The notes beneath the pieces were generated by a model. It was given only the letters and a program-made list of their open reading frames with translations. It ran no database searches and was not told the DNA's origin. A stretch of 31,192 nucleotides of DNA from a bacterium. Its GTDB lineage: Bacteria; SM23-31. This document shows positions 1-9,052 of this stretch, piece after piece. The stretch is taken from the NCBI GenBank assembly GCA_965249485.1, contig CBDFMG010000002.1, positions 1-31,192 on the forward strand, in the 5' to 3' direction. The position numbers and the translations under genes are program-made. Each line of letters begins with the position of its first letter. Position 1 is the stretch's first letter.

Positions 1-2144
1 TTCTGGTTGTGGAGCACGTAGAAGACCTGGGTATTATCGATGATGCTGGCCGCGGTACTGTTTTCCGGAAGCTGTGTGGGCGTCTGGATTACTATTCCTA
101 TTCCGGCATTCTGTTTTCTGATTGCCTGGAACTTGTACTCGACGGACGTAAGCACATTGGGGAACTTCAGCTGTTTGGCGAATTCGTCATAGAAGATGTA
201 TCCCCTTTTTGCCTTGTCCTTCCAGATCAGTCTTTGATCAATATCTGCGCTTATGCTGAGAAGCACCGATATCAGCAGCGGGTCATCCTTGGCCTCGTCC
301 AGTTCAAAAATGACCAGTCGTTTTCCCTCCAGGTCAATATTGAACTTTTCCTGGTCTTCGGGAAACAGAAAGCTGTAGGTTCCTCCATCAATGAACTCCG
401 AGCAATTGTGAAGGAATTCCTTGACATTGAAGAATTGAGACTCGATGTCCAGGGCGCGGTTCAGTAATCCGTCCTGGTGCAGGTGGTGAACAAAACGATA
501 AAAATCAGGAAAGCTGTGGCCATCACTTTTCTTTTCATAATAGTACTTCAAAACTTTTCTCAGGGAAACCGCTTCATCTTCCTCGATGGCCTTGTCCCGT
601 TTCCACAGGGTCCGGTTGAACTCGACCAGCTGGTTGAGTTTTACTGCGTCCGGAGTTTCTTCGCCGGACAGGTAAAACGGATTGATGCCCAGAGCTTCTC
701 CCTGTTTGTATTTCAGGTACAGGGAAACATCCTTGTATAGCAGTGAGAGCTTTTCATAGGATCCTCCCAAATCATTGATCAACACATGGTATCCCTGGTC
801 AAGCAGCTGCCGGAAGATGTGCAGGGCCAGAAAGGATTTTCCTTCGCCGGTGGGCGCAATGATGAAAAAATTTCTGGCTTTGATGCGTCTTTTCCCCGCA
901 TCCCAGATGTCCTTTTTGACCGGTATGTTGAACAGGCGATCGTTGAAAATTACTCCTTCCTGGTCGGCACGGTAATTTGATACATTGGATATCAGGCAGC
1001 TGGCCACCTGCAGATCACAAATGAATGTGTTGGCAGAATTCAGATTTGAAACATGACAGAAAAATGAATTGTTGTAGATGTTGGCCAGGTTGTTTCCCGT
1101 TGGGAAATAGGGCATGATATCCATTTCCCGGAACTGCTTGGATATTTCGTTGTCGTTTTTTTTGAATTCTTCTTCGGATTCACCAAAAAACAGCACGCTG
1201 AAATGGGTCCGGACCAGGCGAATCTTTTCATCCCTGGCCATATCATCAAGGTACTTGTCCAGTTGTTCGGAATTGTTCCTGTTGTCTTTGGAAAATTCCC
1301 TGGCTCCGAAAAGATGGCTTTGGAGTTTTTTGAGGTTATTCTTCAGTTTCTGGTGATCATCCATGTAGAAGATCTGGTTGTACACATGGTTGAACTCGAG
1401 CCCGAGTCCCAGATTGTCTACAAACCCGCGATGGAATTCAAACTCGTCGCTGCTGGCCTTCTGGTCTACTACGCTGTTTGAGATATTTTCCGGCAGTTGC
1501 TTGATGCTTTTGATTACATAGGCTCCTGTTTTGCGATTCCCTATGGTGTAGCCTTTCCCCTTTTCTGCGTCTGTGGTCCGGTCAGCATAAAACCCGTTGA
1601 AATAGCTTCTGGTGAATTGATGGATTTGTTTCCCGGTCAGTGGAGTAAGGTGCAATATTCTGGTGCCGTTCAGATATTCCACACTCTGATCAACCTCTGT
1701 CAGAAACTGCCTGTTTATTTTTTGCTTTGACAAAAATTCCCTGGTATCGGGAATTTTCCTGAACGGGATTCTGATATTGGGGCTTTTCAAAAACCCGTGG
1801 CTTTCTGCATCTATGAAGAACAGGAGTGAATAGTGATCAATCCAGGGTCGGCCCTGAAAATGATCCCTTGTCTGATTTTGAAAAAAATTGCCTTCAGGCA
1901 GTCCGTCAGGATTGTAGTTTTTTTTCAGGTAAACATCCTGCTTCAGAATAATGGTGCCCGGCCGGAAATTCTTGAACGCCCGATACCAGATGGAATGAAA
2001 ATTTTCAAAATCTCCCTCACTTGGTGCATAGGCCTCGGGCAGATCTACCCGGTATGCCTTGATCACATCTCCACTACCCGAGAAAATTCTGTTTTCTTCT
2101 ACCCCCAGAACGGGATAATGTTTCGATAGTGTCAATGTAACCAT
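1..2144 (-). CDS. traG: Conjugative VirB4-like ATPase TraG, N-terminal ~714 codons (runs off the window edge, so absent from the ORF track)
   Basis: Hand translation from ATG 2144: MVTLTLSKHYPVLGVEENRIFSG...; Walker A IIAPTGEGKSF (~835-865); Walker B YIFYDEFAKQL (~170-200); ends ...ASIIDNTQVFYVLHNQ in the same frame; follows traE/traF. Confidence 0.92.
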   Translation of the reverse strand, partial: MVTLTLSKHYPVLGVEENRIFSGSGDVIKAYRVDLPEAYAPSEGDFENFHSIWYRAFKNFRPGTIILKQDVYLKKNYNPDGLPEGNFFQNQTRDHFQGRPWIDHYSLLFFIDAESHGFLKSPNIRIPFRKIPDTREFLSKQKINRQFLTEVDQSVEYLNGTRILHLTPLTGKQIHQFTRSYFNGFYADRTTDAEKGKGYTIGNRKTGAYVIKSIKQLPENISNSVVDQKASSDEFEFHRGFVDNLGLGLEFNHVYNQIFYMDDHQKLKNNLKKLQSHLFGAREFSKDNRNNSEQLDKYLDDMARDEKIRLVRTHFSVLFFGESEEEFKKNDNEISKQFREMDIMPYFPTGNNLANIYNNSFFCHVSNLNSANTFICDLQVASCLISNVSNYRADQEGVIFNDRLFNIPVKKDIWDAGKRRIKARNFFIIAPTGEGKSFLALHIFRQLLDQGYHVLINDLGGSYEKLSLLYKDVSLYLKYKQGEALGINPFYLSGEETPDAVKLNQLVEFNRTLWKRDKAIEEDEAVSLRKVLKYYYEKKSDGHSFPDFYRFVHHLHQDGLLNRALDIESQFFNVKEFLHNCSEFIDGGTYSFLFPEDQEKFNIDLEGKRLVIFELDEAKDDPLLISVLLSISADIDQRLIWKDKAKRGYIFYDEFAKQLKFPNVLTSVEYKFQAIRKQNAGIGIVIQTPTQLPENSTAASIIDNTQVFYVLHNQ

Positions 2145-2408
2145 TCAGTAGGTGTCGTTGGTTATTTGATCGGGAAACTGCTGGTCAAAAAAGCGATTGA
2201 GAATACTTTTATCATACACATAATTGGATACAATAATCACTACAGTTATTGCTGCTGCACACAAAGTGAATTTCACAAATGTCAACTCCGACACCAGTAC
2301 CATAAAACAAATGCCGGTGGCAATGGCTGTTATGATAAAAGGAGGCAAACCCATTCCCAGCAGCCTCACTTCGCTTTCGGTGCTTTTGTTGATTCTGAAT
2401 ATTTTCAA
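2145..2408 (-). CDS. traF: TraF-like (VirB3-like) small membrane protein
   Basis: 87 aa, two hydrophobic segments, lies between the pilin gene and traG; its stop abuts the traG ATG. Confidence 0.7.
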   Translation of the reverse strand: MKIFRINKSTESEVRLLGMGLPPFIITAIATGICFMVLVSELTFVKFTLCAAAITVVIIVSNYVYDKSILNRFFDQQFPDQITNDTY

Positions 2409-2732
2409 TCAGATATCAATCGTCAGGCCGTTCACAAATTCAATTGCTATTACCAGTGCCATGGCAGACCCCAGGTAAATGCCGACCCTGGTAAGAAAGC
2501 CTTTCCAGTTCTTGTTTTCACCCATGATCTCTCCGACATTCATCAATGTGCCAACCAGGAGCACCGCACCCAGAATAATTGGATATAGTGGTCGCAGGGT
2601 GTCGGAGACAAAATTTCGCGCAGGGCTGGCCAGATCTGGTCCGGCCTGGGCCAATAATTCCCCGGCAAATCCCAGGAGTAAAAGCCCGGTCAGTAACAGA
2701 GTTTGCTTTTTCATCAGTATTGATTTTTGCAT
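2409..2732 (-). CDS. traE: TraE-like (VirB2/pilin-like) protein; alternative start 2714
   Basis: Signal peptide MKKQTLLLTGLLLLGFAGELLA followed by two TM helices; position upstream of traF-traG. Confidence 0.7.
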   Translation of the reverse strand: MQKSILMKKQTLLLTGLLLLGFAGELLAQAGPDLASPARNFVSDTLRPLYPIILGAVLLVGTLMNVGEIMGENKNWKGFLTRVGIYLGSAMALVIAIEFVNGLTIDI

Positions 2733-2759
2733 TATGTGAATTTAAAAAACTATTCCGAT

Positions 2760-4382
2760 TCAATTCAGGGCCTTGCATTCCTTGATCAACTGCTCAAAAT
2801 TCTGTTTGGTCTCGGTCGGGGAATAGAGGTTGATGGCTTTCGCCTTCATCGGCACCGCCTTGCTTTCTTCCAGTCTGACCCTGACATTCTTCCCCTGATC
2901 ATCAAACACAAAGAACTCACCGGGCTTCAATTTGAAAAATTCAAAACCTCTGTGCTTTCTGGTTTCCCGTTTAGAGACATTGATCCGGCTGTCATTCATC
3001 GAAAGCACGTTGGCAGACCGGCTGAAGCTCCTGGATTCTTCCTTGATGAACTCGAAAAATTTTTCATAGAATTGCGCGGTATCCGGATCATTGACCTTTC
3101 CGAAAAATTTTGTCGACAGATTCGAAAGAATTGCTTTCACCACCTTTTCATCATAAAGGATCTCTCCCTGGACCTTATCCTGGAGTCCCCATATGGTCCC
3201 GATATCAAATGATCGCAGTGTTGCTGGCAGTCTGGCCAGGTTAGGTAATTTGAGCGTGGAACCTTCATCCAGAATCAACAGAGACGGATTTCTGTTCTTG
3301 ACAGACATCAGTCTGATTGCCGATTGAATGATAGTGGCCAGTACTGGTGAGTGCACCTCTTCGTATTTGGGATTGTTCACAATAGCCAGCACAGCAGGGT
3401 TATCCGGATCATTCAGGGTAAGATCAAAGTCCGACCCGTTGAGCATCATGCATATTTCAGGGGTCATGACCTTGATGATCATATCCGACAGGGTTGCCTT
3501 GACGGCCGCCATCTGTCTGTCGCTGGGAATGCTGTCAAAAAAAGGCCGCGCCAGAATCGAGGCAGTGTTATTCTTTTCAATGAACTGTTTGATTTCCGAT
3601 ACCTCCTTGATCAGCATTATTCCGTTGGCGTATGGCAAGGTGCATTTGAGAGGATATTCCTCTTTCAGACGCCAGATCACTCCTGCCAGCGCCCCTGCAG
3701 CTGCGTTCACAAAAAACCGGTTGTCCCCTTTGTGATCCAGGGATCCAAGGTTTTCTACATAGACATTCACAATGCTTCTCACATCCTCTATTCTGGCAAG
3801 GTATGAGGGAGATACAGGGTTTACCCTGTGCGAATAATCCGGGTTGGTGGGATACACGGTATAAACCGGTACTGCTGAGTCTTTGAAACAGGAGTAAACG
3901 TATTCGGTGAGCTCGAAATCCTTGTAATCGTAAATGATTGCTGAAAGATTCCTGATAGCACAGTGTTCAATGATTGGCAGAAAAACACTTTTTGTTTTTC
4001 CGTATCCGGAGGCTCCGAATATGGCCCCTCCCCTCCATAGATCCAGGCTCACCACACCCTTGTTGCTTTGATAATTCACCTGAAAGGTTCTGGATCCTTT
4101 GGGTTCTGCTTTTACAAGGACCAGGCTGGCAACAAGGCCCCCGAGCAGAGAAGGAATGAAATAAACAATAGTGTGAACAAGCAGGCTGTATCGGACAAAC
4201 CCTGCCAGCAACACTCCAAAAATCACATGCAAAACCCCTATCAGTCCAAGCGCTACAATTATGCCCGGAGATTTTCTGAGTATAAAATAGATGGCCAGGG
4301 AAAGCACGGTGATTGATGCCCCCATGAACAGTTTGGTGTTTAAGCTGGCTCCGGCAATATCATGAAAAAGATCCTGGAGCAT
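2760..4382 (-). CDS. Type IV coupling protein (VirD4/TraD family)
   Basis: Three N-terminal TM segments, Walker A GASGYGKT, IYDYKD motif, Walker B LLILDEG, LRSFDI..WGLQD motif. Confidence 0.92.
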   Translation of the reverse strand: MLQDLFHDIAGASLNTKLFMGASITVLSLAIYFILRKSPGIIVALGLIGVLHVIFGVLLAGFVRYSLLVHTIVYFIPSLLGGLVASLVLVKAEPKGSRTFQVNYQSNKGVVSLDLWRGGAIFGASGYGKTKSVFLPIIEHCAIRNLSAIIYDYKDFELTEYVYSCFKDSAVPVYTVYPTNPDYSHRVNPVSPSYLARIEDVRSIVNVYVENLGSLDHKGDNRFFVNAAAGALAGVIWRLKEEYPLKCTLPYANGIMLIKEVSEIKQFIEKNNTASILARPFFDSIPSDRQMAAVKATLSDMIIKVMTPEICMMLNGSDFDLTLNDPDNPAVLAIVNNPKYEEVHSPVLATIIQSAIRLMSVKNRNPSLLILDEGSTLKLPNLARLPATLRSFDIGTIWGLQDKVQGEILYDEKVVKAILSNLSTKFFGKVNDPDTAQFYEKFFEFIKEESRSFSRSANVLSMNDSRINVSKRETRKHRGFEFFKLKPGEFFVFDDQGKNVRVRLEESKAVPMKAKAINLYSPTETKQNFEQLIKECKALN

Positions 4383-4387
4383 AATTT

Positions 4388-4612
4388 TCAGGTCGGATTT
4401 TGGGATTTATACAGTTCAAACGACCTTTTGAGTATTTCTACCATGCTCATTTCCTTTTCGGCGGCATATACCTTGTAGTCTCTCCTGAATTCCCCCGGTA
4501 CATAAAAATTGAGTGGTACCGGTTCATTTGATCCAGCTTTTTTCAGGTTTTGCACTCTGGATTCATCTTTTGTTGGTGGACTTCCAAGTTTTTTGTTGGT
4601 TTTAACTGTCAT
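4388..4612 (-). CDS. ParG-like ribbon-helix-helix partition/repressor protein
   Basis: 74 aa directly downstream of parA; flexible N-terminal tail then PLNFYVPGEFRRDYKVYAAEKEMSMVEILK (beta-alpha-alpha pattern). Confidence 0.75.
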   Translation of the reverse strand: MTVKTNKKLGSPPTKDESRVQNLKKAGSNEPVPLNFYVPGEFRRDYKVYAAEKEMSMVEILKRSFELYKSQNPT

Positions 4613-4655
4613 GATTTCTTTAATTCATTAAAACATTAATTAACGTTTACATTTT

Positions 4656-5285
4656 TTAGTTAATTCTATTCACAATTGATTGCGCCAGTTTTTCGGCTCT
4701 TTCGTTCAATGTTCTGAATGGTGTTTCACTTACCGCCTTTCCTTCCCGAATGGCTCGTCTGAAAGCAGTTTTTTCCGGAATGTCGCCCTCCAGAGTTTTA
4801 AAACCGGTGCGTTTTAAATATTTTACAACTTCTCCGGTTTCTATATCGCTGCTGCCGATTCTGGAAAGCACAAAAACAATTTTTTCCTTCCCTACCCCGT
4901 TATCAGTCAATTCATGAGCCAGTCTTATTTGGGGATTTAGATCTTCCAGAGAATTTCCAGTGGGCAAGATCACAAGATTTGATTCTTTGGCTATTTGTCT
5001 TGTTACCCTGGTAGAGTGTGGCGCACCATCAAATGCAATCAAATCATAATTGTTGATCAATTTTAATGCCCTGTCTACACCAGCAAATTGTTGCACGGAA
5101 ATCACAGGCTCCAGCCTTCCTTCAAGTCTCCTGGAATTCCATTCATATGAGGTGCTTTGAGAAGTATCCATATCCGCAATCAGTACTTCACGCCCGGCAC
5201 GTGCAAATTCGATGGCCAGCAGCCGGCACACTGTGCTTTTGCCAACTCCGCCCTTTTGAGAAATAATCCCGGCTAAAATTGCCAT
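4656..5285 (-). CDS. parA: ParA Walker-type partition ATPase (short, type Ib-like)
   Basis: SQKGGVGKST deviant Walker A, IADMDTSQS, FDGAP; 209 aa with no N-terminal HTH. Confidence 0.93.
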   Translation of the reverse strand: MAILAGIISQKGGVGKSTVCRLLAIEFARAGREVLIADMDTSQSTSYEWNSRRLEGRLEPVISVQQFAGVDRALKLINNYDLIAFDGAPHSTRVTRQIAKESNLVILPTGNSLEDLNPQIRLAHELTDNGVGKEKIVFVLSRIGSSDIETGEVVKYLKRTGFKTLEGDIPEKTAFRRAIREGKAVSETPFRTLNERAEKLAQSIVNRIN

Positions 5286-5296
5286 TTTGACATTTT

Positions 5297-6034
5297 CGTT
5301 AACCGGTTATTTAACGGTTACGTATTTTCATTGATTAACGTTTATATTATTTTCATTAATTAACGTTTATATTGTTTTCATTGATTAACGGTTACGTTTG
5401 TTCATTGATTAACGTTTATATTATTTTCATTGATTAACGGTTACGTTTATTTTCATTAATTAACGTTTATATTGTTTTCATTGATTAACGGTTACGTTTG
5501 TTCATTGATTAACGTTTATATTATTTTCATTGATTAACGGTTACGTTTATTTTCATTAATTAACGTTTATATTGTTTTCATTGATTAACGGTTACGTTTG
5601 TTCATTGATTAACGTATTTTACAATTAACGGTTTTCCGTTAACCGGTTATTTAACAGTTACGTTTTTTCATTGATTAACGTTTATATTATTTTCATTGAT
5701 TAACGGTTACGTTTGTTCATTGATTAACGTTTATATTGTTTTCATTGATTAACGGTTACGTTTGTTCATTGATTAACGTATTTTACAATTAACGGTTTTC
5801 CGTTAACCGGTTATTTAACAGTTACGTTTTTTCATTGATTAACGGTTACGTTTGTTTTCATTGATTAACGTTTATATTGTTTTCATTGATTAACGGTTAC
5901 GTTTGTTCATTGATTAACGTATTTTACAATTAACGGTTTTCCGTTAACCGGTTATTTAACAGTTACGTTTTTTCATTGATTAACGTTTATATTATTTTCA
6001 TTGATTAACGGTTACGTATTTTCATTGATTAACG
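5297..6034. repeat. AT-rich array of 24 TTCATT(G/A)ATTAACG boxes at ~24-26-bp spacing plus four CGTTAACCGGTTATTTAAC blocks; probable centromere/operator
   Basis: Counted directly (cores at 5327, 5352, 5377, 5401 ... 6021); lies immediately upstream of parA. Confidence 0.85.
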
Positions 6035-6077
6035 GATCATCTCCCCCCCCCATGGAACGGAACGGCTAAACCAGTTG

Positions 6078-7220
6078 TCACAACCCCAGTTCAGCGACCT
6101 TGACCACCGCATCAACCGCTTTTATAATTCCCTTTTTGATAATAGTGGCAGGGATCCCGGCAGGGTGGGCCCCCGAGGTGATCATCCCGGCCACATTATC
6201 CACAGCTTTCGAAATAATCCTGTTTCTCAACTGCCTGGCATGGGTCGGTGTATTCAAAATCCGTTGCACCTCTCCTCTGACAGCCATTTGCCCGACCAGT
6301 CTTCTTGCTATTTGCCTGGGGTCGGTGGGTGCATTGATCAGCGCCTTTAGATATTTCCCGGCATCGTGCACTTTCGCATGGCGATATTGATAAGATTCCT
6401 GCAACGCACGATCATAAGCAAATTTCTTGTCAAATATTCTCTCTGCCTTATTCACAAACTCACTGCGATTGAATCCTGTTTGCACATTTTTCCCGTTCAG
6501 TTTATTCTGGCTTCCGCGCGAATTGGCCAGGGGAGAAAGTTTCAATCTTTGCTGCTTGTCACGCCGGCTAACCACCACGTGAACGTGGGTATTTAGTCCT
6601 TTTTTCGCATTCCCGGGCAGAATCACTACACCCCCCTTGTCTCTCTGGTATTGCCCCTCAAGCACATTTATCTTTTTTTCAACCCCGGCTTTGCTTCTAC
6701 CAGTGATATCGGGCTGTTTCAGTTCCTTTTTCAGTGCTGTGATCTCTTTGCGAATCCGCTGGTTATAGGAATAGGATTCCTTGTACTGTATTTCCTGCGG
6801 TTTGTACGTGCGCCCGTTTTCGATTTTGGCGAAGTACACCAGGTCTCCACCCTTCAATGGCCGCCCATCAATTTTTCGATTGAAACTTTCGGCATATTGA
6901 TCCATCACAGCCCGGGTATATTCCTTGAGCAAATCATTGTCAGTGCCTTCTAATTTGGTCTTCACAAACTCCAGTTCCTTCTCACCTGGATTGAGGGTTA
7001 TCATATAGAATTTGGATTCATCTGCCGATAGTCCTTTATGGTTTGTGTCCAGGACCAGTTCGGCTATGTGTGCCGGCACCTGGTCCTGACAATGGTCAAA
7101 AAATTGCTCCTGTTCCACAGCCTCCTTTCCCGGGTTTTCTTTTTCCAGGTAGGCAATCAGTTGACCGGAACTTCCCCGGTTTCCAAAGTAATCAGCGGGC
7201 TTGTGGATCTTCACATACAT
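6078..7220 (-). CDS. HUH relaxase (Bacteroidota MobB/DUF5712-like)
   Basis: NRGSSGQLIAYLEKEN (catalytic Tyr motif), KFYMITLNP, THVHVVVSRRDK HUH motif; adjacent to oriT. Confidence 0.9.
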   Translation of the reverse strand: MYVKIHKPADYFGNRGSSGQLIAYLEKENPGKEAVEQEQFFDHCQDQVPAHIAELVLDTNHKGLSADESKFYMITLNPGEKELEFVKTKLEGTDNDLLKEYTRAVMDQYAESFNRKIDGRPLKGGDLVYFAKIENGRTYKPQEIQYKESYSYNQRIRKEITALKKELKQPDITGRSKAGVEKKINVLEGQYQRDKGGVVILPGNAKKGLNTHVHVVVSRRDKQQRLKLSPLANSRGSQNKLNGKNVQTGFNRSEFVNKAERIFDKKFAYDRALQESYQYRHAKVHDAGKYLKALINAPTDPRQIARRLVGQMAVRGEVQRILNTPTHARQLRNRIISKAVDNVAGMITSGAHPAGIPATIIKKGIIKAVDAVVKVAELGL

Positions 7221-7229
7221 GCCGGCCGA

Positions 7230-7802
7230 TCAACCAAAAATTTCCTCGTACTCACCCTTTTCAATTTCAAGCACATAACCCTTGCCAAACCCGGTTGATT
7301 TCCACGATACTGCTGCCTTGATTCTCTCAAAATCAGGTTCAATTCGACTCAGCTTTTTCTCCGCTTTTTCACACCTGATCAAAAGATCTTCGTATTCCTT
7401 TTTTGATACGCCCTTCTCCATCACAGCAGAAGCAGGGGCGCTGGCCGGCTCCGGGGCTGCGGTCTGTTCCTCGTCCTCGATGATGCCAGGGGAGTTATCT
7501 CTCATGAACTCTGCCAGAACAAGCACCAGGTTGTCCACTTTCTCCGACATGGGAATGATGTGATTCTTCTCCTGGGTCCTGATAAACGATACCAGCGTGT
7601 TCCGTAATTGCTTAAGTTCCTCACCGGGTAGTGCAAGCTCCGGATCTTTGGGATCATATCCATTTTTCATGAAAAAATTCACCATCTGGTCGATAAGCAC
7701 AATACCTTTCCGATCCAATTTTTTTCGTAACTTTTTGAAGTTTTCCCTGGTATCGCAAGTAGCGGTTATGTATACATAATTTTCCATAATGAAAAAAATC
7801 AT
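7230..7802 (-). CDS. Mobilisation accessory protein (MobA/BfmA-like); alternative start 7787
   Basis: FFMKNGYDPKD...LRNTLVSFIRTQEK motif, C-terminal coiled coil, located between oriT and relaxase. Confidence 0.75.
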   Translation of the reverse strand: MIFFIMENYVYITATCDTRENFKKLRKKLDRKGIVLIDQMVNFFMKNGYDPKDPELALPGEELKQLRNTLVSFIRTQEKNHIIPMSEKVDNLVLVLAEFMRDNSPGIIEDEEQTAAPEPASAPASAVMEKGVSKKEYEDLLIRCEKAEKKLSRIEPDFERIKAAVSWKSTGFGKGYVLEIEKGEYEEIFG

Positions 7803-7924
7803 TGATTGAACATCTGAATTATCATTGATTGAACATTAATCTGGAAACAGATAAAACATATTTTAATGCAAAATCAATGATTTTTTGTAAAAGTCAATGA
7901 TTTATTTTTAAAAAATCATTGATT
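7797..7924. promoter_or_regulatory. Five TCATTGATT boxes (direct and inverted) in the mob promoter/oriT region
   Basis: Copies at 7797, 7821 and 7914 (+), 7872 and 7894 (-); 16-bp direct repeat ATCATTGATTGAACAT at 7798 and 7821. Confidence 0.6.
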
Positions 7925-7966
7925 TGTTTTTTTTATTATGCTGATAATAAGTGTGTTATGAGAAAT

Positions 7967-7995
7967 GAATCGGGCTCTGCCCGATTCCATCTTGC
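7967..7995 (+). other. oriT: Putative oriT: 9-bp inverted repeat followed by a MOBP-like nic site CATCTTG^C
   Basis: GAATCGGGC-TCT-GCCCGATTC then CATCTTGC, resembling the IncP-family YATCCTG^Y nic consensus; upstream of the mob genes. Confidence 0.7.
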
Positions 7996-8324
7996 TTACC
8001 TTCGGAAACAAGGCACCAGCCGCAGTTTCCGCCTCAGGCGCCAGCCGTCACCGGATTGCTGTGCCCTTCCTTCAGGTTGGGCCAGAGGGGATGGAGATTT
8101 TTTTTTCTTGTGGTGAAACTCATTTCCTCAAGAATCCGATATTTGGGATATGAATCAATTTTTTTGTGGGCTTGAAATTCATCATGGACGAGCCAGAACA
8201 AATTCAGGGGTTAGCTAAAACTGACCAGGGGCATTGGGAGAGACCGGGAAGGCACCATGATTGCCGGCCACACTGGCCAGGGTATCTGGTCGCTCGACTC
8301 GCCACTGGTGGGGTGATTCTACAC

Positions 8325-8355
8325 TTGCAAAGCCCACAGCTCTTTGCCACCTTTG
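8325..8355 (+). promoter_or_regulatory. Bacteroidota sigma-A-like promoter (TTG-20 nt-CACCTTTG) conserved upstream of all three Bdr-like genes
   Basis: Same CTTGCAAAG...CCACCTTTG spacing at 10825-10855 and, on the minus strand, upstream of 14660; one mismatch to TAnnTTTG. Confidence 0.45.
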
Positions 8356-8377
8356 CCTCTGGCTTCACAACCCAAAG

Positions 8378-8692
8378 ATGAATACCCTTACCATCTCCAA
8401 ACGGCTCATCAAAGCCGGCATGCAACCTGCCACGGCCGAAGAGCAGGCACAGATCCTGGCAGAGATCACAGAACAGCTGGCTACCAGACAGGATATTGAG
8501 CAGCTGCAAAAGGCCACCAGACAGGATATTGAGCGTCTGGAACAGCGTTTCGACCAGATGGAAGAAACCACCAGAGAACGCTTCGGGCAGATGGAGAAGA
8601 TGATCAGGGACCAGGCCGTAAACACCCGCTGGATGATGGGTGTCATGTTTGTTGCCCTTTCTCTGCTGCTCGGTGCCCTGAAACTGTTCTGA
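8378..8692 (+). CDS. Bdr/DUF1640 (CCDC90)-like coiled-coil membrane protein, copy A (104 aa)
   Basis: MNTLTISKRLIKAGM..AE..A head, LATRQDI neck, 11-aa repeats, C-terminal TM; ATG conserved in three paralogs. Confidence 0.8.
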   Translation: MNTLTISKRLIKAGMQPATAEEQAQILAEITEQLATRQDIEQLQKATRQDIERLEQRFDQMEETTRERFGQMEKMIRDQAVNTRWMMGVMFVALSLLLGALKLF

Positions 8693-8780
8693 TTACGGCC
8701 CATTTGGGGGCGCTCTGAGCAAGTCCATCAGCCGCAGTTTTGCCCACCTGCCAAAGAATATACCCTTTCACTTCACAACC

Positions 8781-8949
8781 ATGCTCAAAAAACCCCAAAG
8801 CCTGGTCAGGCCGCGCATGTGCGGCTCATGTCTCTTCGAGCACATGCCACCCCTTCGTTCCCCGGCAATGGAGTAAACCACAGGGTTTCAGACCAATCAA
8901 AGCCTGGGCTTTCAGGGATTGCTCTGAAATCCATTGCCTGAAACCCCGA
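8781..8949. repeat. Conserved structured non-coding block I, copy A (copy B 11221-11388; first ~20 bp also after gene copy C)
   Basis: Near-identical copies; nested stems GGCAATGGA/TCCATTGCC, TTTCAGA/TCTGAAA, AAAGCC/GGCTTT and small hairpins. Confidence 0.75.
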
Positions 8950-8964
8950 TTGGTCTGGTAAACA

Positions 8965-9030
8965 ACTACCCCCCGGGCAGAGATCTCCTCTCAGAGGGGG
9001 TTTCTGGGGCCCACAGGCCCCGCCTGCCAT
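8965..9030. repeat. Conserved GC-rich hairpin block II, copy A (copy B 11523-11590)
   Basis: GCAGAGATCTCCTCTCAGAGGG..TTTCTGGGGCCCACAGGCCCCGCCTGCCATCC present twice. Confidence 0.7.
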
Positions 9031-9052
9031 CCCTCTAACCATTTTTTATTTC

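Noticed and set aside
9..2129. Plus-strand ORFs in the track (9-467, 477-740, 1203-1481, 1833-2129 etc.)
   Set aside because: Antisense shadows of traG, which has clear Walker motifs on the minus strand
5297..6034. CRISPR array
   Set aside because: Linkers are only ~10-12 nt and are themselves repeated; no unique spacers and no cas genes
8261..8377. N-terminal extensions of the Bdr-like ORFs (track starts 8261, 10833, 14687)
   Set aside because: The three paralogs are homologous as proteins only from MNTLTISK; the extensions cover promoter-like DNA
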